Virus record (IMG/VR): IMGVR_UViG_3300009472_000017
Span: 1-29,082 of that record
Length of the DNA: 29,082 bases
Source of the DNA: a virus
Lineage: Duplodnaviria > Caudoviricetes
Strand: one strand, 5' to 3'
Below the pieces are notes generated by a model. That model was not told the DNA's origin and searched no databases. It saw only the letters and a list, made by a program, of their open reading frames with translations. The stretch's first letter is position 1; the number at the start of each line of letters is the position of its first letter. The position numbers and the translations under genes were made by a program. Shown here in pieces: positions 21,801 to 26,847 of this stretch.

Positions 21801-21854
21801 ACTATCAATTATGTCTTGAATCTTGATTCTAGATTCAAATCCAGTTTCTATCAT
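9888..21854 (-). CDS. gp7: Baseplate wedge initiator gp7, greatly expanded (3988 aa)
   Basis: N-terminal SQLPEFV...FLKQYY.SQE and FYNSKGT.DSF.ILF. Internal YYQNLSYSIKS...VHISGLKNF. It sits between gp6 and gp8 and has many inserted repeat domains. Confidence 0.85.
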   Translation of the reverse strand: MIETGFESRIKIQDIIDSQLPEFVLDESPKTSEFLKQYYISQEFQGGPVDIAENLDQYLKLDNLKPEVIVDSAILSSSIDSDDTTINVSSTKGFPNSYGLLKIDDEIITYTGSTTTSFTGCVRGFSGISKYHQDLNQEELLFSQTSASSHDSAAKVENLSSLFLKEFYSKLKFTFAPGFEERQFDNKVDIGNFIKLARSFYNSKGTEDSFRILFNVLFGEDSKVINLEDYLLKPSDANYIRRKTVVSEIFSGDPTKLVGQTIYKTGDSDTNASVTSVESFTRKENQYFKLSLFVGFGENSLINGLFKVTPNTKSIDNVAIGGQVITVDSTIGFSTSGILKVGDNTVTYVDKSVNQFLGCSGIENSINKTENLYLIDDTYYGYEDGDLSKKVEFRLTGVLSDFVQQSDNVIAKENQILTVKSIGDKISNPESNKTYKEIVANTWIYNTSSTIDIESISGSLVILKSFVDRSQLKKGDEIEILELGSNTVIYPTTTSNIPYVDSTISSSSKQISLSNFNFISQSNKTYSLRRRIKKASSSLVPFQYGNNTFVSDVQNVYVDQENLYVASNSLPSYTGNTNFFDYQITANVKKSTLTSSSGNLLDINSSTGNYTTLTFDNDVPFISGDKIYYSPASGSTALTGLEVGFYYVKVLSNPKSIKLFSSLTFIDNESDALQFNSPISGLGEQTFTLYSQRSSIINPDKILKKIPLSQPNIENGTKEETVPGSVGILVNGVEINNYKTTDKIYYGPLKNLKVLFGGSGYDLINPPKVQPSASSGLGTNALVQPVISGTIEKIFVDEQNFDIDTGSAIKVIGGNITGGSFDPVIVKRRREILFDGRSTTENGGVDVTTNQITFVEDHNLSNGEEIIYRNNGNPNISIGIGLSSLIDNSTYYAKVDNNSTIQIFESFDDYLNNTNVVGLADTSLSGTHKFLTGELKNTITKINIIDGGKVTNRKLLVKPSGITTSNDTINFENHGFLKGEIIEYNAVSGIGSTQPQTISGLTTTNQYYVLPLNLNSFRLCDAGVGGTNFTNFEREDYINLETSGTGFQQFKYPDIAVNVEFTSSGIGTTTQVKTLVTTPVVKGEIIDAYLYEEGTKYGSTIKNFERKPNFTIKTGKNAQVKPIIVNGSVVDANLQFGGFDYFSIPELKVVDPSGSGSGAEIRATISEGKVNIVVVVNPGIGYSTTTRVDVISSGKDALFESNVRSLNINQTELTADDNYQIFAESEKGLSYYSTGYSEIVRNAFQDTENSLSDIIGWAYDGNPIYGPFGLSDPKNINSATKTLTSSYVQDIGHIFDRPPVQNFPVGFFVDDYKFDFSGDLDEHNGRFEKNADFPNGVYAYHATINPLTKTPTFPYFIGKTYRSTLIKENKDLNQSFDFNNSQLFRNTLPYKVLDENAGNDFLTESNEISRQNIKIESISKGSIKGFDIINAGKDYKVGDKLEFDNSDINISLNEAQAKISSIKGKTINKIETTKETFNDVIFVWKDNKITGHVSPYHTLADKSTINISGFSTNVLSSLNGSFQISVESFQNSGLTTEISGTGAASTEIYLTSIPSSLSAGSSLGIGTETLQVLNIFPKENIVRVKRGEPGTTHAIGTAVSFKTSTFEINKSLDYFESGFNKKLYFNPNESVGAGTTTGIGVNVTFSLGNKTISRDITSQRIYLENHGLSNNQLITFNRNSNTILSISTSPSGTPFDIPSEVYAVPKSRNVIGIKTSFNSDEVFFRTNGDNVDDYFFETNFVQRKGDVKHIESTVSVSTSHGLTVNDTITLAIKPNLSVGIGTSTGVRIIRNNTSGNLLVNPIGFGSDSVRTSTDQIQLTDHKLKTGDKVYYNANVVSSGLTTGSYFVFKVDSDNIKLSKTYKNSKQIPPITIGIAGTGGSSQKISLINPKITATKNNNLIFDVSDTSLDGYNLRFYYDQNLLNEFVSTGSTSTFSLSGVGTIGVTTNATLTINYTSNIPDKLFYTLEKNGGISTSDIDVNNYSQIVFSDSAYNNSYTVSGIANTTFNIGLKDDPEKDTYISSECDVLEYSTTSSSAKGPVDKIYLINSGFGYKKVPEIINTNSTDGQNLYAIPTSDTIGNIDEVRIINPGFEYSSDITLTPKAFISPKIILEDSNAIGFVTVTYGGKNFIKTPELIVVDQSTREKVTSGILRANLNGTAIVSVSIESEPKGISNESAEIFSVNNTNGVSIKKVLSSSTGIFTCVLTTPSLGFSTDPFSIGDEIFVEGIQQYSSVGDGFNSEDYGYKFFTVSNYKNKFVPGLVDDELTVNLAGLTTNTGIAKTIQDSSGIAVNKSSYPTFSVFLKKSFFAIGETLISDGIERDLTVIEYDDSSGIKVSGTYPLSVGEIITGKNSGNIAKIENLENFEGFYKIDFSTEKNEGWTKNTGKLNEDYQVIPDNNYYQNLSYSIKSSQSWEDIRTPVNNLVHISGLKNFSDTQISSEPLESLGIVRTDDETTIVKNIFEEKRVDTINNFDTAVDVDVVNLTSRFIKLKSKKLTNYNKSTTNIGLRIDDISDQFSSAESDPKQFTNILETDFSQSYVNYLLKVSNLSGTQVQLTNLIVLNDNESKNSFILDKTSLASDGFSTSFVSSDNDYGEFVVETDDFLNESFLKFKPKDPFDTEYDIKFIESKFSPGLGIGSITVGFVDVLTDIREVITGATTSIVGISSEIKSLYANAYVTQENGNKANFVELYVTREGNDTNIAEYYFDTSKFNRSVDQLGSFSADIENGLLKLKYENDTSLDVVVKTKIVGFGTTSSSGISSTFRYRNSDQPVGNERSAIYEVGFSTTTSGISTSILTLNKFNFDSAKSLVEVGVGTVKSLHQVLIVQDSINVYTKQTQFISVGSTSGVGSFGGRYVGDNLELVFYPDSNETDDINISSFNECFYSQTDFVNDPGDFIVGRYSESLKTSQYLAINGERINKNNFVLRNQNVPIFAKKFNPKNTDVLNASTGTFSINNHFFNDNEELIYTPKSTFVGVGSTPMMYKNGSIIDTLPSSVFVVNKTVNTFGISTTKTGTAVTFVSFGEGNAHQFEMAKKNEKCIITINNLAQSPLSYSKIQTTLSGNGGSISTTTDTFTLSGISTINPNDVLKIDDEYMSVINVGLGTTNVGPITNIGSENLILVERGSFGTLGTSHIDTTNVDVYRGSFNIVGDEIFFNEAPRGSLNITKTDQNLKFETSDFSGRVFLRKNYDTNQVYDDISDGFTGIARTFTLTVDGANTSGIGTTGGNGIMFINGIFQTPTTANNPDNNFSIIENLTPPPGISSVVFSGIRTDIGDPNSILSVESDVNQNQIPRGGIIVSLGSSGGNGYAPLVGVSATAVVDGAGSIVSVGLGSTDINGSGYNGIVSIGISVFEEGHSGDVASITATVGAGGTLSFSIGAGGTGYSNPQIFVSEPSYENLSVTGISRIGIGTTTDTGSGLLLDVSVGASSTVGIGSTFFEVTDFKIKRNGFGFRRGDVFTPVGLVTDSRLSEPRSTFELTVLDTFSDSFSFWQFGELDYIDNIKNFQDGIRLRFPIFYNDNLLSFEEPDDDSSVDLANILLIIVNGVIQDPGVNYTFDGGTSFSFVTAPKPEDNIDIFFYRGTRGEDDTLVTDIFPTLERGDTVELLRKDSLPTTISQEDRIIFDITSSDKIETNSYNGVGIDENNFRPLSWTKQKVDRMVNGEFVNKTRASIVSQILPTAKIIGDMSTSDIEIFVDDPDLFKYNVSSPYSFGAIIVDTKVSSGASVTATVGSGGTISSLTILNGGSGYSGSTVDIKISAPPTVGVGLGTTAIATATVSSAGTITTPITFTNAGFGYTTTITPSALVALPEVNYEIFEKIEDVKGFSGIVTGIGTTTGVGGHSLGLKFFLDRGSSFGSDLNVGYPILIKNTHIGSGVTSVDNSNSAIVSIGNTFLDNIYIVKSIQVNGNVGIVTCNIDSGTSVSGLSTNGNFCGEFSWGVFRSITRSSSPISIGVTGKTYDVGLTTFPTIQRRSEGLRFTGAVSEKLD

Positions 21855-21855
21855 T

Positions 21856-23784
21856 TTACTCTCTAATTAAAGTACCATTTGAATAGCTAGATGTATAGAA
21901 GTCTCTGACAAATACTGTGCCCGATATTTCATCACCAGAAGATATAACATCCTTTACCATATTTATTTTACTTTTTGAAACGTCAAAATTCAAATAAAGA
22001 TCTCGCAATCCAACAATATCATTTGACTCTGGAAACGCTTGAATTTCTATTACATTATTTGGCTTTACTGTTGATGTAATATTAATAGTTCCTATGTTAA
22101 CTTCACCTTTTACATAGTCAACTGTTCCGACTGCCTTAGTAATAATTGTTATATTTTCATCATTAGAATTTTTTACAACTGATAATATACCAGTTTTACC
22201 ATCTGCATTTGGAGTGTCTGTAAAATATACTACACCAGATTCTTCTGCTATAGTAAACCCTGTGGACTTTATATTCCTACCTTCAGACTTCACATGGAAT
22301 TGATTGCCAAAACAAAGTTCATATTGAACTTGTTGATTTAGTAATGCAACTAAATTTCTTCTTATGACTACTTTGGTTATATTAGAGGTTATTGAAGATT
22401 CTGTATCATCAATTGTTTTTAAAATTTTACTGTATTTAAATCTTCCACCAAATTTATTTACATCAGATTTTTCAGAATAATTTGTCAGTGAATTGGATAC
22501 TTTTGTTTTTAATGAATCTGCAGAACTAATTTTAGAATCATCATAGTAAACAAAAGTATCCAATTCAATATATAAAATTTTTAAATCTATAATTTTTTGA
22601 TTGATTCCAGATATTGAATATTTTTTTAAATCTGATAAAATTAAAGACTTGTTAAAATCAGAAACAAAAAAACCATTTTTTGGTTTTATTGATATTTCAA
22701 CTACTCCAAATTGAGGAGGGTCTAACTCTTCTCCACCAATAACAGAAACTGATTCAGTATCTGAATATATTGTTTTGATTATAGATTCATAGTCTCTAGA
22801 TGTTACTGCTCTATTTTGTGCAGCGTATATAGAGGGTGCATAGTTTTTAATGGAGGTTATGGATTCTATCTCTCCACCATTCTGAGATTTGGTATTTGTG
22901 GTTACTGAAAATGAGTTTGGTATAAGAACATTACCAAGATCATCGGTGAATACTCCCGAAAATCCAAAAATTGATACATCATTACCATCTTTTCCATTTG
23001 TTACCAGATAATTTACAGTTATAATTTCTCCTTCTTGCAACTTTCTACCAATAAGACCATCTCCAAACAAAATTTCATATTTTTCATCTTGAATCTCTTG
23101 TAAGAAGTAAACCAAAGATTCTTTGTTTATGTCTTTGAGAGTGTTTGACTGAAAATATTCTATACCATCACTAGTTTCATTTTCCTTTTTTATATAAACT
23201 TTGATAGTGGAAGTATCAATAAATGGATTATCTAATATAAATCTTTGATCTAAAGATCCATCAAAGGTAAATGTTTTTGTAAGAAAAGTTCCTTGAATTA
23301 TCTCAATATTATTAAAAACTGATCTTCTTGCGCTTATAGTGTTTAAGTTTTGTTCGAAATCAATATTTTCCGTAGTTCTTTGTACATTCTCTAATATTGA
23401 AAATACTTCAGAAGTATTACTTACATTTCCAACAAAACATAAACCTCTCTTCAAATTTATCGTTGCTGTTTGTGTGTCTTCAACATCTACTGTAAAGCTC
23501 ACAATTGCTCTTGCAGCAGTTCTAGATCGAGGCAAATATCCAATGTTCCTTGCAAGAGATACAACGTTCTCACGAACGGTTGCAGAGTCCAAGAAGGACT
23601 CATTCACAATCATGTTTGAGTTGAATGCAGTTATATATGTGTTATATGCAAGAGTATCGATTAATATTGAAAAATTGGATCCATCAAAATCAAATCCTGA
23701 AAAATCAGAATTTGCACGAAGATAGTCTTTAATCGATTCTCTTATCTGGTCAAAATCCAGATTTGTAAACTTTGTAAAAGGCAT
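21856..23784 (-). CDS. gp6: Baseplate wedge subunit gp6, 642 aa
   Basis: Motifs: LDFDQIRESIKDYL, LAYNTY..AFNSNM..NESFLDSA.VRENVVSLAR.IGY.PRS, YEILFGDG..G, QNRAVT..DY and VDYVKGEV. Confidence 0.95.
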   Translation of the reverse strand: MPFTKFTNLDFDQIRESIKDYLRANSDFSGFDFDGSNFSILIDTLAYNTYITAFNSNMIVNESFLDSATVRENVVSLARNIGYLPRSRTAARAIVSFTVDVEDTQTATINLKRGLCFVGNVSNTSEVFSILENVQRTTENIDFEQNLNTISARRSVFNNIEIIQGTFLTKTFTFDGSLDQRFILDNPFIDTSTIKVYIKKENETSDGIEYFQSNTLKDINKESLVYFLQEIQDEKYEILFGDGLIGRKLQEGEIITVNYLVTNGKDGNDVSIFGFSGVFTDDLGNVLIPNSFSVTTNTKSQNGGEIESITSIKNYAPSIYAAQNRAVTSRDYESIIKTIYSDTESVSVIGGEELDPPQFGVVEISIKPKNGFFVSDFNKSLILSDLKKYSISGINQKIIDLKILYIELDTFVYYDDSKISSADSLKTKVSNSLTNYSEKSDVNKFGGRFKYSKILKTIDDTESSITSNITKVVIRRNLVALLNQQVQYELCFGNQFHVKSEGRNIKSTGFTIAEESGVVYFTDTPNADGKTGILSVVKNSNDENITIITKAVGTVDYVKGEVNIGTINITSTVKPNNVIEIQAFPESNDIVGLRDLYLNFDVSKSKINMVKDVISSGDEISGTVFVRDFYTSSYSNGTLIRE

Positions 23785-23785
23785 A

Positions 23786-24187
23786 TTATCTTGTTGCCTC
23801 TAATAGGAATGAATATTCTTGTGTTGGAAACTCTTGTCCCACAATATCAAAGATGACTTTAACATCAAAAGCATTAATTTGTGGAAGAGGACTTACTTCT
23901 ATTGCTAAATTATCGACTCTTGATTCGAAATTTTCAATAGAAGTCTCAATTTGATCACTAATTACTGATGCAGTACCAAAATCAATGAACTCAAACAGAC
24001 TTCCTCTTACATCAGATCCAAATAAAGAGTTAAAAAACTTTTCAGTAGGTATTGTTAAAACAATATTTCTCACAGATCTACGAATAGCTGCTTCATTTTT
24101 AAGAACAGGTAGATCTTTAGTGATGGGATGTGGAACAAATGATAAACTAATATCCTTAAATACTCTGGATATCTTCCGATTTGGCAT
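23786..24187 (-). CDS. gp25: Baseplate wedge subunit gp25 (GPW/gp25 family), 133 aa
   Basis: Motifs: FKDISLSF.PHPIT.D, AIRRSVRNIVLT...EKFF...FGS and IENFESRV. It is directly upstream of gp6. Confidence 0.92.
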   Translation of the reverse strand: MPNRKISRVFKDISLSFVPHPITKDLPVLKNEAAIRRSVRNIVLTIPTEKFFNSLFGSDVRGSLFEFIDFGTASVISDQIETSIENFESRVDNLAIEVSPLPQINAFDVKVIFDIVGQEFPTQEYSFLLEATR

Positions 24188-24209
24188 TTTGACTAGAGTT
24201 TTCTGACTC

Positions 24210-24217
24210 TATTTATA
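24210..24217 (-). promoter_or_regulatory. T4-type late promoter TATAAATA heading the gp25-gp6-gp7 operon
   Basis: Exact consensus 22 nt upstream of the gp25 ATG. Confidence 0.85.
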
Positions 24218-24219
24218 CC

Positions 24220-24396
24220 CTATTCTGCAAGATTGTTTTGTTCCTTCTTTAAATCATCGTGCATAATCTCCTGAAGCACTTTTTCTTCTGGATTATTCGT
24301 TTTTTTGGGTAATGACCAGTAATCTGTTGCCAAAGTTGTCGTTCCCCACACTTCTTTCATATAATTTTTATTTCTGTCTACTGGTGAATTGCCCAT
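24220..24396 (-). CDS. Small hypothetical protein, 58 aa
   Basis: Below the ORF-track cutoff; read by hand as MGNSPVDRNKNYMKEVWGTTTLATDYWSLPKKTNNPEEKVLQEIMHDDLKKEQNNLAE*. It has an AGGAG SD at 24405-24401 and fills the intergenic gap. Confidence 0.75.
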   Translation of the reverse strand: MGNSPVDRNKNYMKEVWGTTTLATDYWSLPKKTNNPEEKVLQEIMHDDLKKEQNNLAE

Positions 24397-24445
24397 TTTA
24401 CTCCTATTTTGTTAGAATAGAACTTTTTGAGGGGTTCCTATCCCT
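24397..24445 (-). promoter_or_regulatory. Structured 5' leader: candidate H-type pseudoknot competing with an SD-sequestering hairpin
   Basis: RNA: AGGG-AUA-GGAAC-CCCU-CAAAAA-GUUCU-AUU-CUAACAA-AAUAGGAG-UAAA-AUG. Pairings were derived by hand. Confidence 0.5.
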
Positions 24446-24449
24446 ATTT

Positions 24450-24456
24450 TATTTAT
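24450..24456 (-). promoter_or_regulatory. Late promoter variant (A)ATAAATA overlapping the stop of the 224-aa gene
   Basis: AATAAATA on the minus strand matches the relaxed NATAAATA late consensus. It would start transcription at about the first base of the structured leader. Confidence 0.55.
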
Positions 24457-25127
24457 TTTTCATCCTCTTCAGATGAATTTTCACGTTCTTTTGCCGTTTT
24501 CCAGAAATATTCATCCTCACGACCCATTCCAAGTCTATCATTTCCATTCTCAACCTGATAATATTGAGTCGAAACCTTAAAATCGGGCATTTTAGGGTCA
24601 ACAGGTGTCAAACTATTATCAAAAATACGTAATCTATTGTTTGGATACAGTGCATACTGCCCATTCTCAAGTTCAATCAGATTATGAGACTTATGTTCAG
24701 CAGGATTTTCACTAGTAGCCCAATCAACATAGTCCGGATCATGATGATAGTTATCAATGGTACAAATATATGTACCTTTTACATTACCAAAGTCCCGTGT
24801 ATAACATTCAAAGTCCATTGAACCAATAAATTTCTTATCTACCGATACGACCCCATAGTCCATACAATTCCAAAACTGTAGGTTTGGTAGGTTCATGTCC
24901 GGACTTGGGGTCTCAGGGTCTGCTACAAAGGCACTGATAGGCAATTTATCATACATTGCCGCATATTCTGGTAGATAAGTCTCAAAATAAAAAGCACGTC
25001 CAGGAATCGATTTAACCGATACCCAGACGCCCTTTACAAATTCACCATGTCCACTTTGATGATCGGTTAGGTATTCCTTACGAACCCATACTTCTTGTGA
25101 CGGAAGATTTGCAATCAAACATGCCAT
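24453..25127 (-). CDS. Conserved hypothetical phage protein, 224 aa
   Basis: Long ORF co-oriented with its neighbours, with motifs LIANLP...WVRKEYL.D, YDKLPISAF and NP.EHKSHN...L.NGQYA.YPNNRL. I cannot assign a function. Confidence 0.85.
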   Translation of the reverse strand: MACLIANLPSQEVWVRKEYLTDHQSGHGEFVKGVWVSVKSIPGRAFYFETYLPEYAAMYDKLPISAFVADPETPSPDMNLPNLQFWNCMDYGVVSVDKKFIGSMDFECYTRDFGNVKGTYICTIDNYHHDPDYVDWATSENPAEHKSHNLIELENGQYALYPNNRLRIFDNSLTPVDPKMPDFKVSTQYYQVENGNDRLGMGREDEYFWKTAKERENSSEEDEK

Positions 25128-25155
25128 ATGGTGTCAATAAAACTACACCTATATA

Positions 25156-25308
25156 TCAACCCCGTCCTTGTCCACGATACACTTTACGCTTTCCATTACG
25201 AGAAGTCGCGGCATACTTCGTGTGCTTTCCACTCCCTTGACGAGTTTTCTTCGGTTTTCCTTCTATAAAACCATTACCACTTAATCCAACCTTTGAACGT
25301 ACTGCCAT
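25156..25308 (-). CDS. Small, highly basic Gly/Lys/Arg-rich protein, 50 aa
   Basis: Read by hand: MAVRSKVGLSGNGFIEGKPKKTRQGSGKHTKYAATSRNGKRKVYRGQGRG*. It tiles the gap between neighbouring ORFs. Confidence 0.8.
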   Translation of the reverse strand: MAVRSKVGLSGNGFIEGKPKKTRQGSGKHTKYAATSRNGKRKVYRGQGRG

Positions 25309-25317
25309 AATAACTCT

Positions 25318-25479
25318 TTAATACTTTGTAATTTTTGTCTCTAAATCTTGTGGTCTTGGAAAACCTTTCTGATAATACTCTATCGAAAGATCCTCCATCT
25401 TATCAAAATATTCTTCTTCAGTCAAGTTCTTGTATAATACTTTCCCTTTATGGAGAATTGTATATTCTGTCAGACTCAT
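25318..25479 (-). CDS. Small hypothetical protein, 53 aa
   Basis: Read by hand: MSLTEYTILHKGKVLYKNLTEEEYFDKMEDLSIEYYQKGFPRPQDLETKITKY*. Its ATG overlaps the glycosyltransferase stop (TGATG). Confidence 0.78.
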   Translation of the reverse strand: MSLTEYTILHKGKVLYKNLTEEEYFDKMEDLSIEYYQKGFPRPQDLETKITKY

Positions 25480-26237
25480 CAGATAACTCTTGTTTTCTCA
25501 TGCCCAACACGAATCCGAGGATCACACCAAATCTTAAATCCTGCTTCGATAGCGTCGAGACAGAATGATACATCCTCTCCACACATATCCTGTACCTCTC
25601 CTGACTCAAAAACTTGCATCTTTGGAGCAAACCATGGATACTTCATCTCAGAATTCTCAAATACTCCGTGCTTAATCAGTAACCATCCAAATCCTGCATA
25701 ATCTACAGTAAACGGTTTACGACGCTTCGAAATACTCTCCCCGGTTTCATGATTCATGACTCCACCATTATTACGGAAATCATCCTCTTCCATCCAATGT
25801 GCAACTGAAGTTGTCTTACCATCTTCTGTCATATACCATCCACTTGCAATATCCTGATCCATTAATACCAATTGCCAGAACTTCTCTGTGCTAAACACAA
25901 TGTCACTATCAATCCACAACTGATAATCATAATTTAACTTTCCATCCCATGGAATTTGATCCGGTCCTCGCAGTACATTCGCACCTAAACACTTACATCT
26001 GGCAAAATTTACCATTGATGAATAATCTTGCGAAATTTGGATGCTGGCACCTGCCTGCACTAAATCAAAACAAAGTTGTACAAAGTTTTTGAGATACGTA
26101 TAAGATACTCCTCTACCTGGTAAACAAAAGACAATGGACTTGCCTTTTACCATTTCTTTTGCCTTCGCATAGTCCCATTCTGGACCACTCTCAGATGCTT
26201 TGGGTGTCTTTGCTTTTACTGTAAATCCTTTAGCCAT
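25479..26237 (-). CDS. GT-A-fold glycosyltransferase-like protein, 252 aa
   Basis: DxD motif (LWIDSDIVF), VNFAR, AGFGWLLIK..VFE, GEDVSFC (catalytic ED) and the C-terminal DPRIRVGH.K typical of GT2-like enzymes. Confidence 0.82.
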   Translation of the reverse strand: MAKGFTVKAKTPKASESGPEWDYAKAKEMVKGKSIVFCLPGRGVSYTYLKNFVQLCFDLVQAGASIQISQDYSSMVNFARCKCLGANVLRGPDQIPWDGKLNYDYQLWIDSDIVFSTEKFWQLVLMDQDIASGWYMTEDGKTTSVAHWMEEDDFRNNGGVMNHETGESISKRRKPFTVDYAGFGWLLIKHGVFENSEMKYPWFAPKMQVFESGEVQDMCGEDVSFCLDAIEAGFKIWCDPRIRVGHEKTRVI

Positions 26238-26260
26238 AACTGTAAATGAACTACGTCACT

Positions 26261-26289
26261 ATCATAACACTATATCTATACACCGTCAA
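26261..26289 (-). promoter_or_regulatory. Sigma70-type promoter TTGACG-N17-TATGAT with an extended -10 TG
   Basis: Minus strand: cTTGACGgtgtatagatatagTGtTATGATagt. The -35 is at 26289-26284 and the -10 at 26266-26261, 23 nt upstream of the ATG at 26237. Confidence 0.8.
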
Positions 26290-26308
26290 GATCTCGGTTC
26301 TGCAAACC

Positions 26309-26506
26309 TCATGACTCTTCGAGATCCTTAATAATAATACAATCACTCTCTACCTCGATATTTACTTCTGTTCCCTCGTACCACCCCTTCTCATCACATA
26401 TCCATTCCGGTATCGTAATAATATGTTCCCCACTTACTGGATCGATCTCTATAGTCGTAAAATTTTCTTGCGGATTTTTTTGCATATCTTTGAATCCTTG
26501 TACCAT
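26309..26506 (-). CDS. AbrB/MazE/SpoVT-like small DNA-binding protein (true start may be the ATG at 26485, 58 aa)
   Basis: Swapped-hairpin signature: G.HIITIPEWIC...GW.EG.EVNIEVE...IIIK. Confidence 0.72.
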   Translation of the reverse strand: MVQGFKDMQKNPQENFTTIEIDPVSGEHIITIPEWICDEKGWYEGTEVNIEVESDCIIIKDLEES

Positions 26507-26623
26507 TTTTTATATATGAAAAATTTTTTTTATTAGAGTGTTATCGAGGTCGGACTTTGGGTCGTTTATAGCTTAGGGTAGTGAGGGGGTTTTATATACG
26601 GGGCACGGCAACGCATAACATAA

Positions 26624-26641
26624 GGGGGGCAATCACCCCCC
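26624..26641 (-). terminator. Probable intrinsic terminator closing the early cluster
   Basis: Minus strand GGGGGG-UGAUUG-CCCCCC followed by UUAUGUUAU, 8 nt after the stop at 26650. The U-tract is imperfect. Confidence 0.6.
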
Positions 26642-26649
26642 ACTGCTGT

Positions 26650-26847
26650 TTACGAACGAATGCCCTTATCTATCAACTGCCTGCGAACTCCCCTCCTAAC
26701 TTGATTCATAGCATGAGGGCATGATGGTGATGATGGGGCAGTATATGTAAATCCTACATAATGCCTAAAGACTAAATGTGTCCTTTGACGTTCTAAGTCA
26801 TAACCCATAGAATCCATGAAGATACGTACCTCTTTTTTGTATTTCAT
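26650..26847 (-). CDS. HicA-like (dsRBD-fold) putative RNase, 65 aa
   Basis: Helix, then MGY.L.RQR.H.VFRH..G..YT.P.SPS, then a basic helix, matching HicA topology with the conserved His. ATGA overlap with the upstream gene. Confidence 0.6.
   Translation of the reverse strand: MKYKKEVRIFMDSMGYDLERQRTHLVFRHYVGFTYTAPSSPSCPHAMNQVRRGVRRQLIDKGIRS

Noticed and set aside
1000-24206. Numerous + strand ORFs of 60-140 aa (e.g. 10453-10830, 11563-11985, 23339-23725)
   Set aside because: They are antisense shadows of the long minus-strand genes, show low-complexity V/P/T/I mirror composition, and have no recognisable motifs.
24416-24445. Calling the leader a preQ1-I riboswitch
   Set aside because: The topology is similar, but the loop lacks the conserved preQ1-contacting pattern as I know it and no queuosine genes are adjacent. 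It is kept as an unclassified candidate.
25448-25630. 60-aa minus-strand ORF in the track, plus + strand ORFs 25335-25568 and 25450-25701
   Set aside because: They overlap the glycosyltransferase and the 53-aa ORF, which tile the region with a TGATG junction.
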